64,000 nt of DNA from Hyphomicrobiales bacterium. GTDB taxonomy: Bacteria; Pseudomonadota; Alphaproteobacteria; Rhizobiales; Afifellaceae. Each line of letters starts with the position of its first letter. The first letter of the stretch is position 1. Made by a program: the position numbers and the translations under genes. Below are positions 1 to 7,531 of the stretch, in pieces. The notes beneath the pieces are model-generated. The model made no database searches and had not been told where the DNA came from. It worked only from the letters and a program-made list of their open reading frames with translations. The stretch spans positions 1,289-65,288 of the forward strand of contig JBBQVL010000002.1 of NCBI GenBank assembly GCA_038211615.1, read 5' to 3'.

Positions 1-427
1 CTGCGTCTATTCCTGGGTGCATCGGGGGACGCAGGCGCGGCCCGGGCTGGTGCTCGGGCTCGACCGGGGCGGCACCTGCCGCGGCATCGCCTTCCGAATC
101 GCGCCGCAGGAATGGGACGGCGTCGTCGCGTATCTGCGCGCCCGCGAGCAGGTCACCGCCGTCTACCTGGAACGGTCGCGGCCGGTGCGGCTCGCCGACG
201 GCACGGCGGCGACGGCGCTCACCTATCTCGTAGACCGCGCACACCCGCAATATGCCGGAAAGCTCGACGAGGAGACGCAGTTTGCGCTGGTCGCGGGGGC
301 TGCGGGACAGTCCGGCCCGAACCGCGAATACGTCATCAACACCGCCGCCCACCTCGCCGAACTCGGCATGCCGGACGCGGCGCTGGAACGGCTGGCGAAG
401 AGACTGGCGGGCGCGTCATCCCGCTGA
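1..427 (+). CDS. chaC: ChaC-family gamma-glutamylcyclotransferase, 5' end outside window
   Basis: Frame is open from nt 2. The C-terminal part (PGLVLGLDRGGTCRGIAFRI ... NREYVINT) matches the ChaC/GGCT pattern as I recall it. GC3 is high. Confidence 0.7.
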   Translation, partial: CVYSWVHRGTQARPGLVLGLDRGGTCRGIAFRIAPQEWDGVVAYLRAREQVTAVYLERSRPVRLADGTAATALTYLVDRAHPQYAGKLDEETQFALVAGAAGQSGPNREYVINTAAHLAELGMPDAALERLAKRLAGASSR

Positions 428-437
428 ACAATCAACT

Positions 438-577
438 CCCCTCATCCTGAGGTGCTCGATTGCAGGGCAATCGAGCCTCGAAGGATCGGATGTCAGGCAG
501 GGCGGCAGCGATCCCTGAAGCCCTCGTGGTTCGAGGCTCCCCCGGATCAAGCCCGGGTCGCACCTCACCATGAGGGG
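438..577. repeat. Structured intergenic repeat, family A, full copy (~140 bp)
   Basis: Terminal inverted repeats CCCTCATCCTGAGGTG (438-453) and CACCTCACCATGAGGG (561-576). Internal inverted pair GAGCCTCGAA / TTCGAGGCTC. Near-identical copy at 25338-25481. Confidence 0.85.
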
Positions 578-599
578 GCTGGGGAGCCACGGCCTAAAC

Positions 600-935
600 T
601 CAGGCGGCGAGGCGGAGGGAAACCCGCTCCTCGGGGCGGAGGTCCTCGATGACGGCGCGGCGCTCCGCGAGCGTCGCCGCAAGCAGGTGAACATAGATCT
701 CGGCGCGCCGCGGCACGGAATATTCCGCCATCCGCGCCAGCGCCGCGACCTCGCCGATCCACACGATCTGCCCGCCGCTCACTGCGATCGCCACGCCCGA
801 TTCGAAATCGGCGGCGGCATCCGCGCCCATGCAGGTGAAGAGATAGCGCTGACCGGAATGTCCAAACCAGTAGAGGAAGCGCGCCGGCAACCCGGCGGCC
901 AAGGTGACGCGCGAAAGATGCGGAGACGGCAACAT
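600..935 (-). CDS. Hypothetical protein (~111 aa)
   Basis: ORF 600..944. The ATG at 935 is preceded by GGGAG (reverse complement of 945-949). GC3 is high. No family recognised. Confidence 0.5.
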   Translation of the reverse strand: MLPSPHLSRVTLAAGLPARFLYWFGHSGQRYLFTCMGADAAADFESGVAIAVSGGQIVWIGEVAALARMAEYSVPRRAEIYVHLLAATLAERRAVIEDLRPEERVSLRLAA

Positions 936-965
936 CGAGAACACTCCCGGCGGCTACGCCCCTTG

Positions 966-980
966 GAACATAGGGGGAAC
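966..980. promoter_or_regulatory. Candidate alpha-type LexA (SOS) box GAAC-N7-GAAC
   Basis: GAACATAGGGGGAAC lies 31 nt upstream of the ATG at 935 (minus-strand gene). Confidence 0.45.
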
Positions 981-1002
981 ACTACGTAGCGCGCAGGGGT
1001 TT

Positions 1003-1017
1003 GTTCGTCAAGTGTTC
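1003..1017. promoter_or_regulatory. Second candidate LexA box GTTC-N7-GTTC, opposite orientation
   Basis: GTTCGTCAAGTGTTC in the same intergenic region, 22 nt from the first box. Confidence 0.4.
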
Positions 1018-1056
1018 TCATTGAAGGGGGCTGTGCTAAATTTCAGGCCACCTGTC

Positions 1057-1413
1057 CTAATTTGATGGACGTGACACGCTCGCTGCCGGCTCGTTGGGGT
1101 AATACGTGCCGGTGCCAAAATTCCTCGGGGCGAAGTAGTCAATCGAGGACGCGAAGCTTGGGCTGAGGGCTCGATTTTCGATCAAAGCCTGCTTCACATC
1201 ATTGCTCGGTTTCACATCCGCATAGTGGTCGATCACATCAACCGCCCAAGCTCTGGCTGGGGCAATACCATTCTTCGGCTCTTGGCTCAGAATACCAACC
1301 GCGATCTCCACCATCTTCACGTCCATCTCGCGATTCGTGCTCTTGTAGCCAAGCCAAGCGCCTACGACGCCAGTTGCCAGCGCAACGATCACCGCTGATA
1401 GGGTCCTGAGCAC
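1057..1413 (-). CDS. Hypothetical membrane-anchored protein (118 aa), low-G+C orphan
   Basis: N-terminal hydrophobic helix LSAVIVALATGVVGAWLGY. Lies 19 nt downstream of ORF 1433..2209 on the same strand. No family recognised. Confidence 0.6.
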   Translation of the reverse strand: MLRTLSAVIVALATGVVGAWLGYKSTNREMDVKMVEIAVGILSQEPKNGIAPARAWAVDVIDHYADVKPSNDVKQALIENRALSPSFASSIDYFAPRNFGTGTYYPNEPAASVSRPSN

Positions 1414-1432
1414 CAGCCCCTCCTATCGCCAA

Positions 1433-2209
1433 TCACCCAAGCTCGTCATCAATGTCAGCTAGGATTTCCTTGTCGAGTTCCAGCTTTTTGATCAGCCGCT
1501 CGATTTCCTTCACGCCGACTGCGCCGCTCACGATCAGCCGGAAGCTGGCGTCTTTTGAGAGGAGCCCGGTCATCAGCTCACGTTCACCTGCCATGATCTT
1601 AGCCTTTCCTGCGGGCGGCGGCAGCGGAGCAGAATTGCCGTTCTCTCCAGTGTCTCCATCAGCATCATCCTCCCCATCTTCAGGAATTTTATCAGAAGAA
1701 GAGAGTTTCGCATAGGCCACTGTTGCGTCATAGACCTTCAAAAAAGACTTAGCACCGTTATCGGTGAATTTGTAATCGAACTTCAGCTTTTCGAGCGCTA
1801 CGGCATCCACCGGCCGATCCTCGCGCCAATCCAGCCACAATTTCCTGAACATACGAGGGCGCAGGGCCGCGGTTTTCACGACGCTTTCGCGTGTCGAATC
1901 CTGTTCTGCCCGGAGATAGGTCCGCCCTTCAGACGAAACGCTTATTTCGCGTTTTGGCCCTGTCCCCTTGTAAAGAGCCAGCCCAAATGATCGTAGAGCA
2001 CCGAGAGTTTGGTCGGCCTGGCTGCTTTTGTCTTTATATCCCCACGCGAGCCCCGCCTTGTCTGCTGGCGTTGGGTGGCGTCCAAAATACCTATCAAATG
2101 CGACGAGGCGCTCGATCGCCGTCTCGAGGGGAATAAATGGAAACGACGGGCTCCGATCTTTAGGGGCCCTATTAGCTGTAGCGGCTGCATTGCTCGATGC
2201 TTCGGACAT
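1433..2209 (-). CDS. Hypothetical protein (258 aa), low-G+C orphan
   Basis: AAGGAG (reverse complement of 2217-2222) sits 7 nt before the ATG. Architecture: globular N-terminal part, acidic linker EDGEDDADGDTGENG, short C-terminal domain. No family recognised. Confidence 0.7.
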   Translation of the reverse strand: MSEASSNAAATANRAPKDRSPSFPFIPLETAIERLVAFDRYFGRHPTPADKAGLAWGYKDKSSQADQTLGALRSFGLALYKGTGPKREISVSSEGRTYLRAEQDSTRESVVKTAALRPRMFRKLWLDWREDRPVDAVALEKLKFDYKFTDNGAKSFLKVYDATVAYAKLSSSDKIPEDGEDDADGDTGENGNSAPLPPPAGKAKIMAGERELMTGLLSKDASFRLIVSGAVGVKEIERLIKKLELDKEILADIDDELG

Positions 2210-2467
2210 GGCGCGACTCCTTCTCGCGCTTCATATATTCCAGGCGCGCGGGCTGCGCAACCGGAATTTTATGGCATATTTATCATATTGGCCTATTGAC
2301 CATAGTGCGGTAACGATTTATCAGCCTATTGCACTGGAGGCAGAGTCATGGCTAGAAGAGACGCGAGCCCGGCGTTCAGCCGACCGGCGACCGGGGCGAG
2401 GATGGAAAAGGAAAGGGCCGCTTCCCGCCCGGCAAGGTAGGAAAAGCGGCCCTCTAATCGGCAACTC

Positions 2468-2541
2468 TCGGGGCTCGTCTAACGGCAGGACGACTGGCTT
2501 ACCACCTGGAAATCTCGGTCCGAATCCGAGGCCCCGCACCA
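2468..2541 (+). tRNA. tRNA-like cloverleaf, probably a degenerate or pseudo tRNA (anticodon loop CTTACCA, TAC/Val if read as a tRNA)
   Basis: 74 nt. Acceptor pairs 6/7 (TCGGGGC/GCCCCGC), followed by A and encoded CCA. D-arm GTCT-AACGGCA-GGAC. T-arm CTCGG-TCCGAAT-CCGAG. Only 3/5 anticodon-stem pairs, and the T-loop has C where U55 is expected. Confidence 0.3.
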
Positions 2542-2627
2542 ACCCATTCGAAACAGTGGGGCCGTGCTGTTGAAGCAGCCCCGCCTTACAACTATTACCG
2601 TGCTCTCATATAGCGAATCATGGGGAT

Positions 2628-3374
2628 TTAGTCCACTCGCAGTGCCTGTAAAGTGGGATCCCTGATCAGCTCATCTCCGATCAGCGCGTCGGTCGCGCCC
2701 TCGATCGTCTCTTCCAGCCTCTTCGCGAACACCTCTGCCTCCAGTCCCGGCGGGATCGGCGGAAGCACCTCGACGCGAATCGTCCCGCGTCGGTGCACGA
2801 ATTTGTGCCTGGGCCAGTAGAGACCGGAGTTCAGCGCCACCGGCACACAGGGGACGCCGAGGGCTTCGTAGAGCCGTGTTACGCCGCGGCGATAGGCGGG
2901 CGGGGCGCCCGGCGGGCGGCGGGTGCCTTCGGGGAAGATGATGATCTGCCGTCCTTCGGCAATCGCGCGGCGGGCGTGCGCGGTCATCGCCTCAAGCGCG
3001 GCCGAGCCGCCGCCGCGGTCGACCGGGATCATGTGCGCCTTCCGCATGTAGCCGCCGAAGAGCGGCACCCAGAGGAGCTCGCGCTTCAGGATGAAGCTCG
3101 GGCGCGGGAAGAGCTCGATCAGCCTGAGAGTTTCCCAGGCCGACTGGTGTTTCGCGGCGACGATGCAGCCGCCGGCGGGGATGTTCTCCAGCCCGCGGAT
3201 CTCGTCGTCGATGCCGCAGATTGTTCGGTGCAGCCAGAGCGTGGAGGCGACCCAGAAGCGGCCGAACGGCCAGAACATGCGCTCCGGCAGCAGGAGCAGC
3301 GGCGTGAAGAGCACCGCCTGCACGACGAAGTTCAAGTAGAACGCGACGTGGAAGAGGGCGGAACGGAGGAGCAC
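2628..3374 (-). CDS. plsC: 1-acyl-sn-glycerol-3-phosphate acyltransferase
   Basis: Acyltransferase blocks AAKHQSAWET and IIIFPEGTRR, with an N-terminal membrane helix. Confidence 0.85.
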   Translation of the reverse strand: MLLRSALFHVAFYLNFVVQAVLFTPLLLLPERMFWPFGRFWVASTLWLHRTICGIDDEIRGLENIPAGGCIVAAKHQSAWETLRLIELFPRPSFILKRELLWVPLFGGYMRKAHMIPVDRGGGSAALEAMTAHARRAIAEGRQIIIFPEGTRRPPGAPPAYRRGVTRLYEALGVPCVPVALNSGLYWPRHKFVHRRGTIRVEVLPPIPPGLEAEVFAKRLEETIEGATDALIGDELIRDPTLQALRVD

Positions 3375-3426
3375 CTAGCCAGGTCTCCGATGGCGTGCCT
3401 GCCCTGGCGCGGTCACGCGCTTTCGC

Positions 3427-4494
3427 TCAATCGAGCTCGCGGAGCGTCCGGCGCACCGTCATGCGCGCGGTGATGGCGATGATGACGGCGAGCGCCAGCA
3501 CCGTGATCGCCGAGCCGACATAGCCGTTCAGCCCGACCGACACGCCGCCGAAGAGGCTGCGGAGCTGCGCCTCCTCCGGCGTGGGCCCCTCCAGCCGCCC
3601 GAGAAAGCCGATGAGCAGGAAGAGGCCGACGGCGATCGCGCCTCCGATCGACGCGCCCTTCAGCCCGAGCAGCAGGAAGTGGCGCTGGAATTCGCGCGCG
3701 ATGTAGCTGTCCTCGGCGCCAACGAAGTGCAGCACCTCGATCACGATGCGGTTGCCGGCCATCGCGCCGCGCGTGGCGAAGACGACGCAGAGCGCGGTCG
3801 CGGCGAAGACCAGCCCGAGGATGACGAGCCCCACCGCGCTCATCACCTGCGCCATGGCGGAAAGTCGCTGCAGCCATTCGCCGTGGTCGTCGAGATTCGC
3901 GGTCGGCACCTCTTCCTTCAGGCGGCGGGCGAGGGTGGCGAGGTCGGCGTCCTCGGCGATGCGCACCGCGATCAGCCGCGGGATCGGGAGCTGCGAGATG
4001 TCGAAGCCGGTGCCGAGCCAGGGCTCGAGCAGGGCGTTCGACTGCTTCTCGTCGAGAATCGTGGCGGCGGTGACGCCGGGGACCTGCATGGCGATGTCGG
4101 CGGCGCGCGTGACGGTCGCGGCCATGTCGACGCCGTCGGCCGGCTTGATCTGGATCGTCACCTCCGCCGCGATCTGCCGCTGCCAGCCATGCGCGCGATC
4201 GACGATCACGGCGACCGCCGCGACCGACAGGCAGGAGAGGAAGGCCATGATCGCGACCAGCGTCAGCAGCGCACGGCGCGCGACCGTGCGCGGCGGCACG
4301 ATCGGGTTCGGGTTGCGCGGCGCGGAGGGACGGCCGCCGGCGCCGGTGGTGATCTGCCCGACCAGCGTCGTCGCCGGCATCTTCGACGCGCTCGTCTTCT
4401 TCCGCTGCTTGCGGGCGCGCGACGTGCGCGCCGGGCCGGGCGCAGGTGGACCGGGAGGCGGCGGGTCAGGCGGAGCGGAGACCTGCTCAGTCAT
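3427..4494 (-). CDS. ftsX: Cell division permease-like protein FtsX
   Basis: Four-TM FtsX-like layout. Start overlaps the ftsE stop by 8 nt. Pro-rich N-terminal extension. Confidence 0.85.
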   Translation of the reverse strand: MTEQVSAPPDPPPPGPPAPGPARTSRARKQRKKTSASKMPATTLVGQITTGAGGRPSAPRNPNPIVPPRTVARRALLTLVAIMAFLSCLSVAAVAVIVDRAHGWQRQIAAEVTIQIKPADGVDMAATVTRAADIAMQVPGVTAATILDEKQSNALLEPWLGTGFDISQLPIPRLIAVRIAEDADLATLARRLKEEVPTANLDDHGEWLQRLSAMAQVMSAVGLVILGLVFAATALCVVFATRGAMAGNRIVIEVLHFVGAEDSYIAREFQRHFLLLGLKGASIGGAIAVGLFLLIGFLGRLEGPTPEEAQLRSLFGGVSVGLNGYVGSAITVLALAVIIAITARMTVRRTLRELD

Positions 4495-5146
4495 AGATTT
4501 CCACGTGGCCCGCGTTCAGCACCAGCCGCCGCGCGTCGTACTGGTCCATCAGGGCGAGATCGTGCGTCGCGATGACGACGGAGGTGCCGAGACGATTGAG
4601 CTCGACGAAGAGCCGCAGCAGGCGGCGCGCGAGCGGCGGGTCGACGTTGCCCGTCGGCTCGTCGGCGAGAAGGATCTCCGGCTTGGTGATGAGGGCGCGG
4701 GCGATCGCCGCGCGCTGCTTCTCGCCGCCGGAGAGCACCTGCGGGAACACCCACATCTTCTCGCCGAGGCCGACCCATTCGAGCAGCTCAATGACGTCGC
4801 GCCGGTAGGCCGAATCATCGACGCCGGCCACGCGCAGCGGCAGCGCCACGTTCTCGTAGGTGGTCAGGTGCTCGAGCAGGCGGAAATCCTGGAACACGAT
4901 GCCGATGCGACGGCGCATCGCGGGGATGAGGTTGCGCGCAACCGTCGCGGCATCCTTGTTGAAGATGCGCACGCTGCCGCGGGTCGGCCGCAGCGACAGG
5001 AAGAGAAGCCGCAGCAGCGAGGTTTTGCCGGCGCCCGAAGGCCCGGTCACGAACTGGAACGAGCCGCCGCCGATGTGAAAGCTCACATCGCTCAGCACCT
5101 CCGGTCCGAGGCCGTATCTCAGGCCGACATTCTCGAAGCGAATCAC
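4487..5146 (-). CDS. ftsE: Cell division ATP-binding protein FtsE
   Basis: Walker A GPSGAGKT, signature LSGGEKQR, Walker B ILLADEP. GTG start. Directly upstream of ftsX. Confidence 0.95.
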   Translation of the reverse strand: MIRFENVGLRYGLGPEVLSDVSFHIGGGSFQFVTGPSGAGKTSLLRLLFLSLRPTRGSVRIFNKDAATVARNLIPAMRRRIGIVFQDFRLLEHLTTYENVALPLRVAGVDDSAYRRDVIELLEWVGLGEKMWVFPQVLSGGEKQRAAIARALITKPEILLADEPTGNVDPPLARRLLRLFVELNRLGTSVVIATHDLALMDQYDARRLVLNAGHVEIYD

Positions 5147-5213
5147 CGGCTTGTCTTTCTCCAGGCCTGTTCCGGCCGCGAATCCCGACCCATGCGCCGC
5201 CGTCCTCGGCTCA

Positions 5214-5229
5214 TTAAGACGACGTTAAC
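5214..5229. promoter_or_regulatory. Perfect CtrA-type box TTAA-N7-TTAAC
   Basis: TTAAGACGACGTTAAC in the divergent ftsE / zinc-ribbon intergenic region, 68 nt from the ftsE start and 49 nt from 5278. Confidence 0.6.
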
Positions 5230-5277
5230 GTTAGCATTCGATGAATCGATTGCGAGAAAACCGTCCCGAGCGGCCAT

Positions 5278-6051
5278 TTGACCCTTTCCGATCACCTTCC
5301 CTCTCATCAGGTCGTCATCCAGTGCCCGGCCTGCGGCGCGGCCGAGTCGGCGGAAGCGGCGACGCTTGCCGACCAGCCCATCATCGTTTGCCGCGAATGT
5401 GGCGAGACATGGCCCGGCGGCGCGCCGCCGGCCAGGCGGCACAAGACGAAGCGCCGGCCGAGCGCGCGGCGCACGAGCGAGGTGATCGTCGCCGAGAAGC
5501 GGGCGCTCGTCACCTATTCCGACCGCGCCGAGACGGCGTGGAAGGCGAAGATCGAGGGCGATTACTGGCCCGAGCCGCGGCGTCCTTCGCGGCTGCCGAT
5601 GATGGCCGGAGCGATGGCGGCGCTGATCTTCCTCGGCGCATTCTTCGGCGGGCGCCAGGCGGCGGTGGCGGCGCTGCCGGACCTCGCCGGCCTCTATGCG
5701 GCGATCGGCCTGCCGGTGAATCTCGACGGCTTCTCCATCGACAATGTCGGGGCGGAGCGGACGCCGACCTTCGCCGGGTTCAAGCTCAAGGTGCACGCCA
5801 CCATCCGCAACGTCGGCAAGACCGACCGGACGCTGCCGCCGCTGGCGGCCGTGCTCTACAGCGACGCGCTGGTGCCGGCCGGCACCTACGGCTTCGACGC
5901 GCCGGCGCGCACCGTCAGGCCGGGCGAATCGCTGCCGCTGGTCATGGAACTGGAAAGCGCTTCAAAGCAGGCAGCCGAGGTGGTCGTCCGCTTCCGTCGG
6001 CGCGGGGAGACGCTCGCCGTCGCCGGCGCCGCGCTGCCCGCGGGCTCATGA
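5278..6051 (+). CDS. Zinc-ribbon (MJ0042-like) membrane protein with a DUF3426-like C-terminal domain
   Basis: CPACG..(x17)..CRECG zinc-ribbon motif, one TM helix (AMAALIFLGAFFG), then a beta-rich domain. Stop overlaps the hpt start (ATGA). Confidence 0.7.
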   Translation: MTLSDHLPSHQVVIQCPACGAAESAEAATLADQPIIVCRECGETWPGGAPPARRHKTKRRPSARRTSEVIVAEKRALVTYSDRAETAWKAKIEGDYWPEPRRPSRLPMMAGAMAALIFLGAFFGGRQAAVAALPDLAGLYAAIGLPVNLDGFSIDNVGAERTPTFAGFKLKVHATIRNVGKTDRTLPPLAAVLYSDALVPAGTYGFDAPARTVRPGESLPLVMELESASKQAAEVVVRFRRRGETLAVAGAALPAGS

Positions 6052-6605
6052 GCGACACGCCGGAAAAAAACATCAGGCCGCTGTTCTCGGCGGAGCAGAT
6101 TTCCGCGCGCGTCAGCGAGCTGGCGCGCGACATCGCCGCGAGCGAACCGAAGCGCCTGCTCGCGATCATCGTGCTGAAGGGCGGCTTCGTCTTCGCGGCG
6201 GATCTCGTCCGCGCGCTGGCGCTGCAGGGCGTCCGCCTTGAGATCGAGTTCATCTCGCTATCGAGCTACGGCTCGCAGCAGAAGACCTCGGGCGAGGTGC
6301 GCGTGGTGCGCGACATCGAGGTGCCCGTGGCGGGGCGCGACGTGCTCATCATCGACGACGTGCTCGATTCCGGCCTGACGCTGAAATTCGCCCGCGACCT
6401 CATGCTGGCGCGCGGCGCGCGGCGGGCTCCGATCGCCGTCATGGTTAACAAACCTGAAGGCCGGCGCGCGGAAATCGAGGGTGATTACGTTGGGTTTACC
6501 TGTCCCAATTACTTTGTCGTGGGCTACGGCATGGACGCCGCCCATGCCTGGCGCGAACTGCCGTATATCGGCGTGTTCGAATCAACGCCGAGCGGGTCCG
6601 GGTAA
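6048..6605 (+). CDS. hpt: Hypoxanthine phosphoribosyltransferase
   Basis: PRPP-binding motif VLIIDDVLDSGLTL; GYGMD near the C-terminus. Forms the last 185 aa of track ORF 5241..6605. Confidence 0.9.
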   Translation: MSDTPEKNIRPLFSAEQISARVSELARDIAASEPKRLLAIIVLKGGFVFAADLVRALALQGVRLEIEFISLSSYGSQQKTSGEVRVVRDIEVPVAGRDVLIIDDVLDSGLTLKFARDLMLARGARRAPIAVMVNKPEGRRAEIEGDYVGFTCPNYFVVGYGMDAAHAWRELPYIGVFESTPSGSG

Positions 6606-6654
6606 AGCGCCCGGGTAAGGGGTCCGGATGAGAGGCCCGGGTGAAAGGAAGGAC

Positions 6655-7047
6655 ATGCGTATCCTGCTGACGGAAGACGACGATTCGGTCCGCGCCTTCG
6701 TGAGCCGCGCCCTCGAACTCGATGGGCACATTGTCGAGACAGCCTGCCACGGCGTCGAGGCGATGGACCGGCTGACGGAAAGGGAAGGTCGCTTCGACCT
6801 CCTCGTCACCGATGTGAAGATGCCGATCATGGACGGCATCGCGCTCGCGCACGAGACGGCGTCGAACTGGCCGGGGATTCCGATCCTGCTGATGACGGGG
6901 TTCGCCGACCAGCGCGAACGCGCGCTCGATCTCGCCGAAGTGATACGCGACGTCGTGACGAAGCCCTTCACGCTGCAGCAGATCCGCGAAGCGGTAAGCG
7001 ATGCCGTGGTGGAAGCGCGGCCGCAGGAGGCCAACAAGGCCGCCTGA
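6655..7047 (+). CDS. cpdR: Single-domain response regulator, CpdR-like
   Basis: Receiver domain only (ILLTEDDDS ... FDLLVTDVKMPIMDG ... KPF). GGAAGG lies upstream of the ATG at 6655. Resembles Caulobacter CpdR as I recall it. Confidence 0.7.
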   Translation: MRILLTEDDDSVRAFVSRALELDGHIVETACHGVEAMDRLTEREGRFDLLVTDVKMPIMDGIALAHETASNWPGIPILLMTGFADQRERALDLAEVIRDVVTKPFTLQQIREAVSDAVVEARPQEANKAA

Positions 7048-7138
7048 TCGCTTCCGGCGTCGGCGTTCGTGGAACCACAGCCCGACCAGCTTGTTCTAGC
7101 TGGGTCGCCAATACGGCGATCCTAGAGGGGTGTTGCGA

Positions 7139-7345
7139 ATGTCCCGACTGCTCAAGGCGACGATTGTCACTCTCGGCCTCGCCGGTTTCGCGTTCAGCGT
7201 GCCGGTGACGAGCGCCGAAGCGGCGCCGTTCTATCACAAGGTCTGCAAGACGACCTATCGTAACCACCACAAGCATGTCGTCTGCCATCGGGTCATGTTC
7301 CGCCATCATCCGATCCGCAGCATCCTCCGAGAATTTTCGGACTGA
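7139..7345 (+). CDS. Small secreted His/Cys-rich protein (68 aa)
   Basis: Signal peptide ending SAEA-AP. Mature part has 7 His and 2 Cys. AGAGGGG lies 8 nt upstream of the ATG. GC3 is high. Confidence 0.45.
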   Translation: MSRLLKATIVTLGLAGFAFSVPVTSAEAAPFYHKVCKTTYRNHHKHVVCHRVMFRHHPIRSILREFSD

Positions 7346-7531
7346 CCTAAGGACGGGTAGTCCTGCAACGCGCGGGCGACGTCCAGAGCTGTGCGTGCCG
7401 ATGATGCGGCACGCGGCTGTCGCGGAAATGCCTTTGGCTCCAAGGCGGCCGCGCGCGCCAACATTTTCACTCGCACTTTTCTCCTGACGGCTCCTTGATC
7501 GTAGCTGGCGATTCGGCACCGGGAGTTCGCG

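Noticed and set aside
2330-2545. Two-piece (permuted) alphaproteobacterial tmRNA
   Set aside because: The 3' strand GCCCCGC-A-CCA lacks the G3:U70 alanine identity pair (it would need ...TCCACCA). I could find no tag-like reading frame (ANDN...) nearby.
5241-6047. N-terminal 269 aa of the 454-aa track ORF containing hpt
   Set aside because: Hpt begins at ATG 6048. The upstream stretch overlaps the zinc-ribbon gene in another frame and is Arg/Gly-rich.
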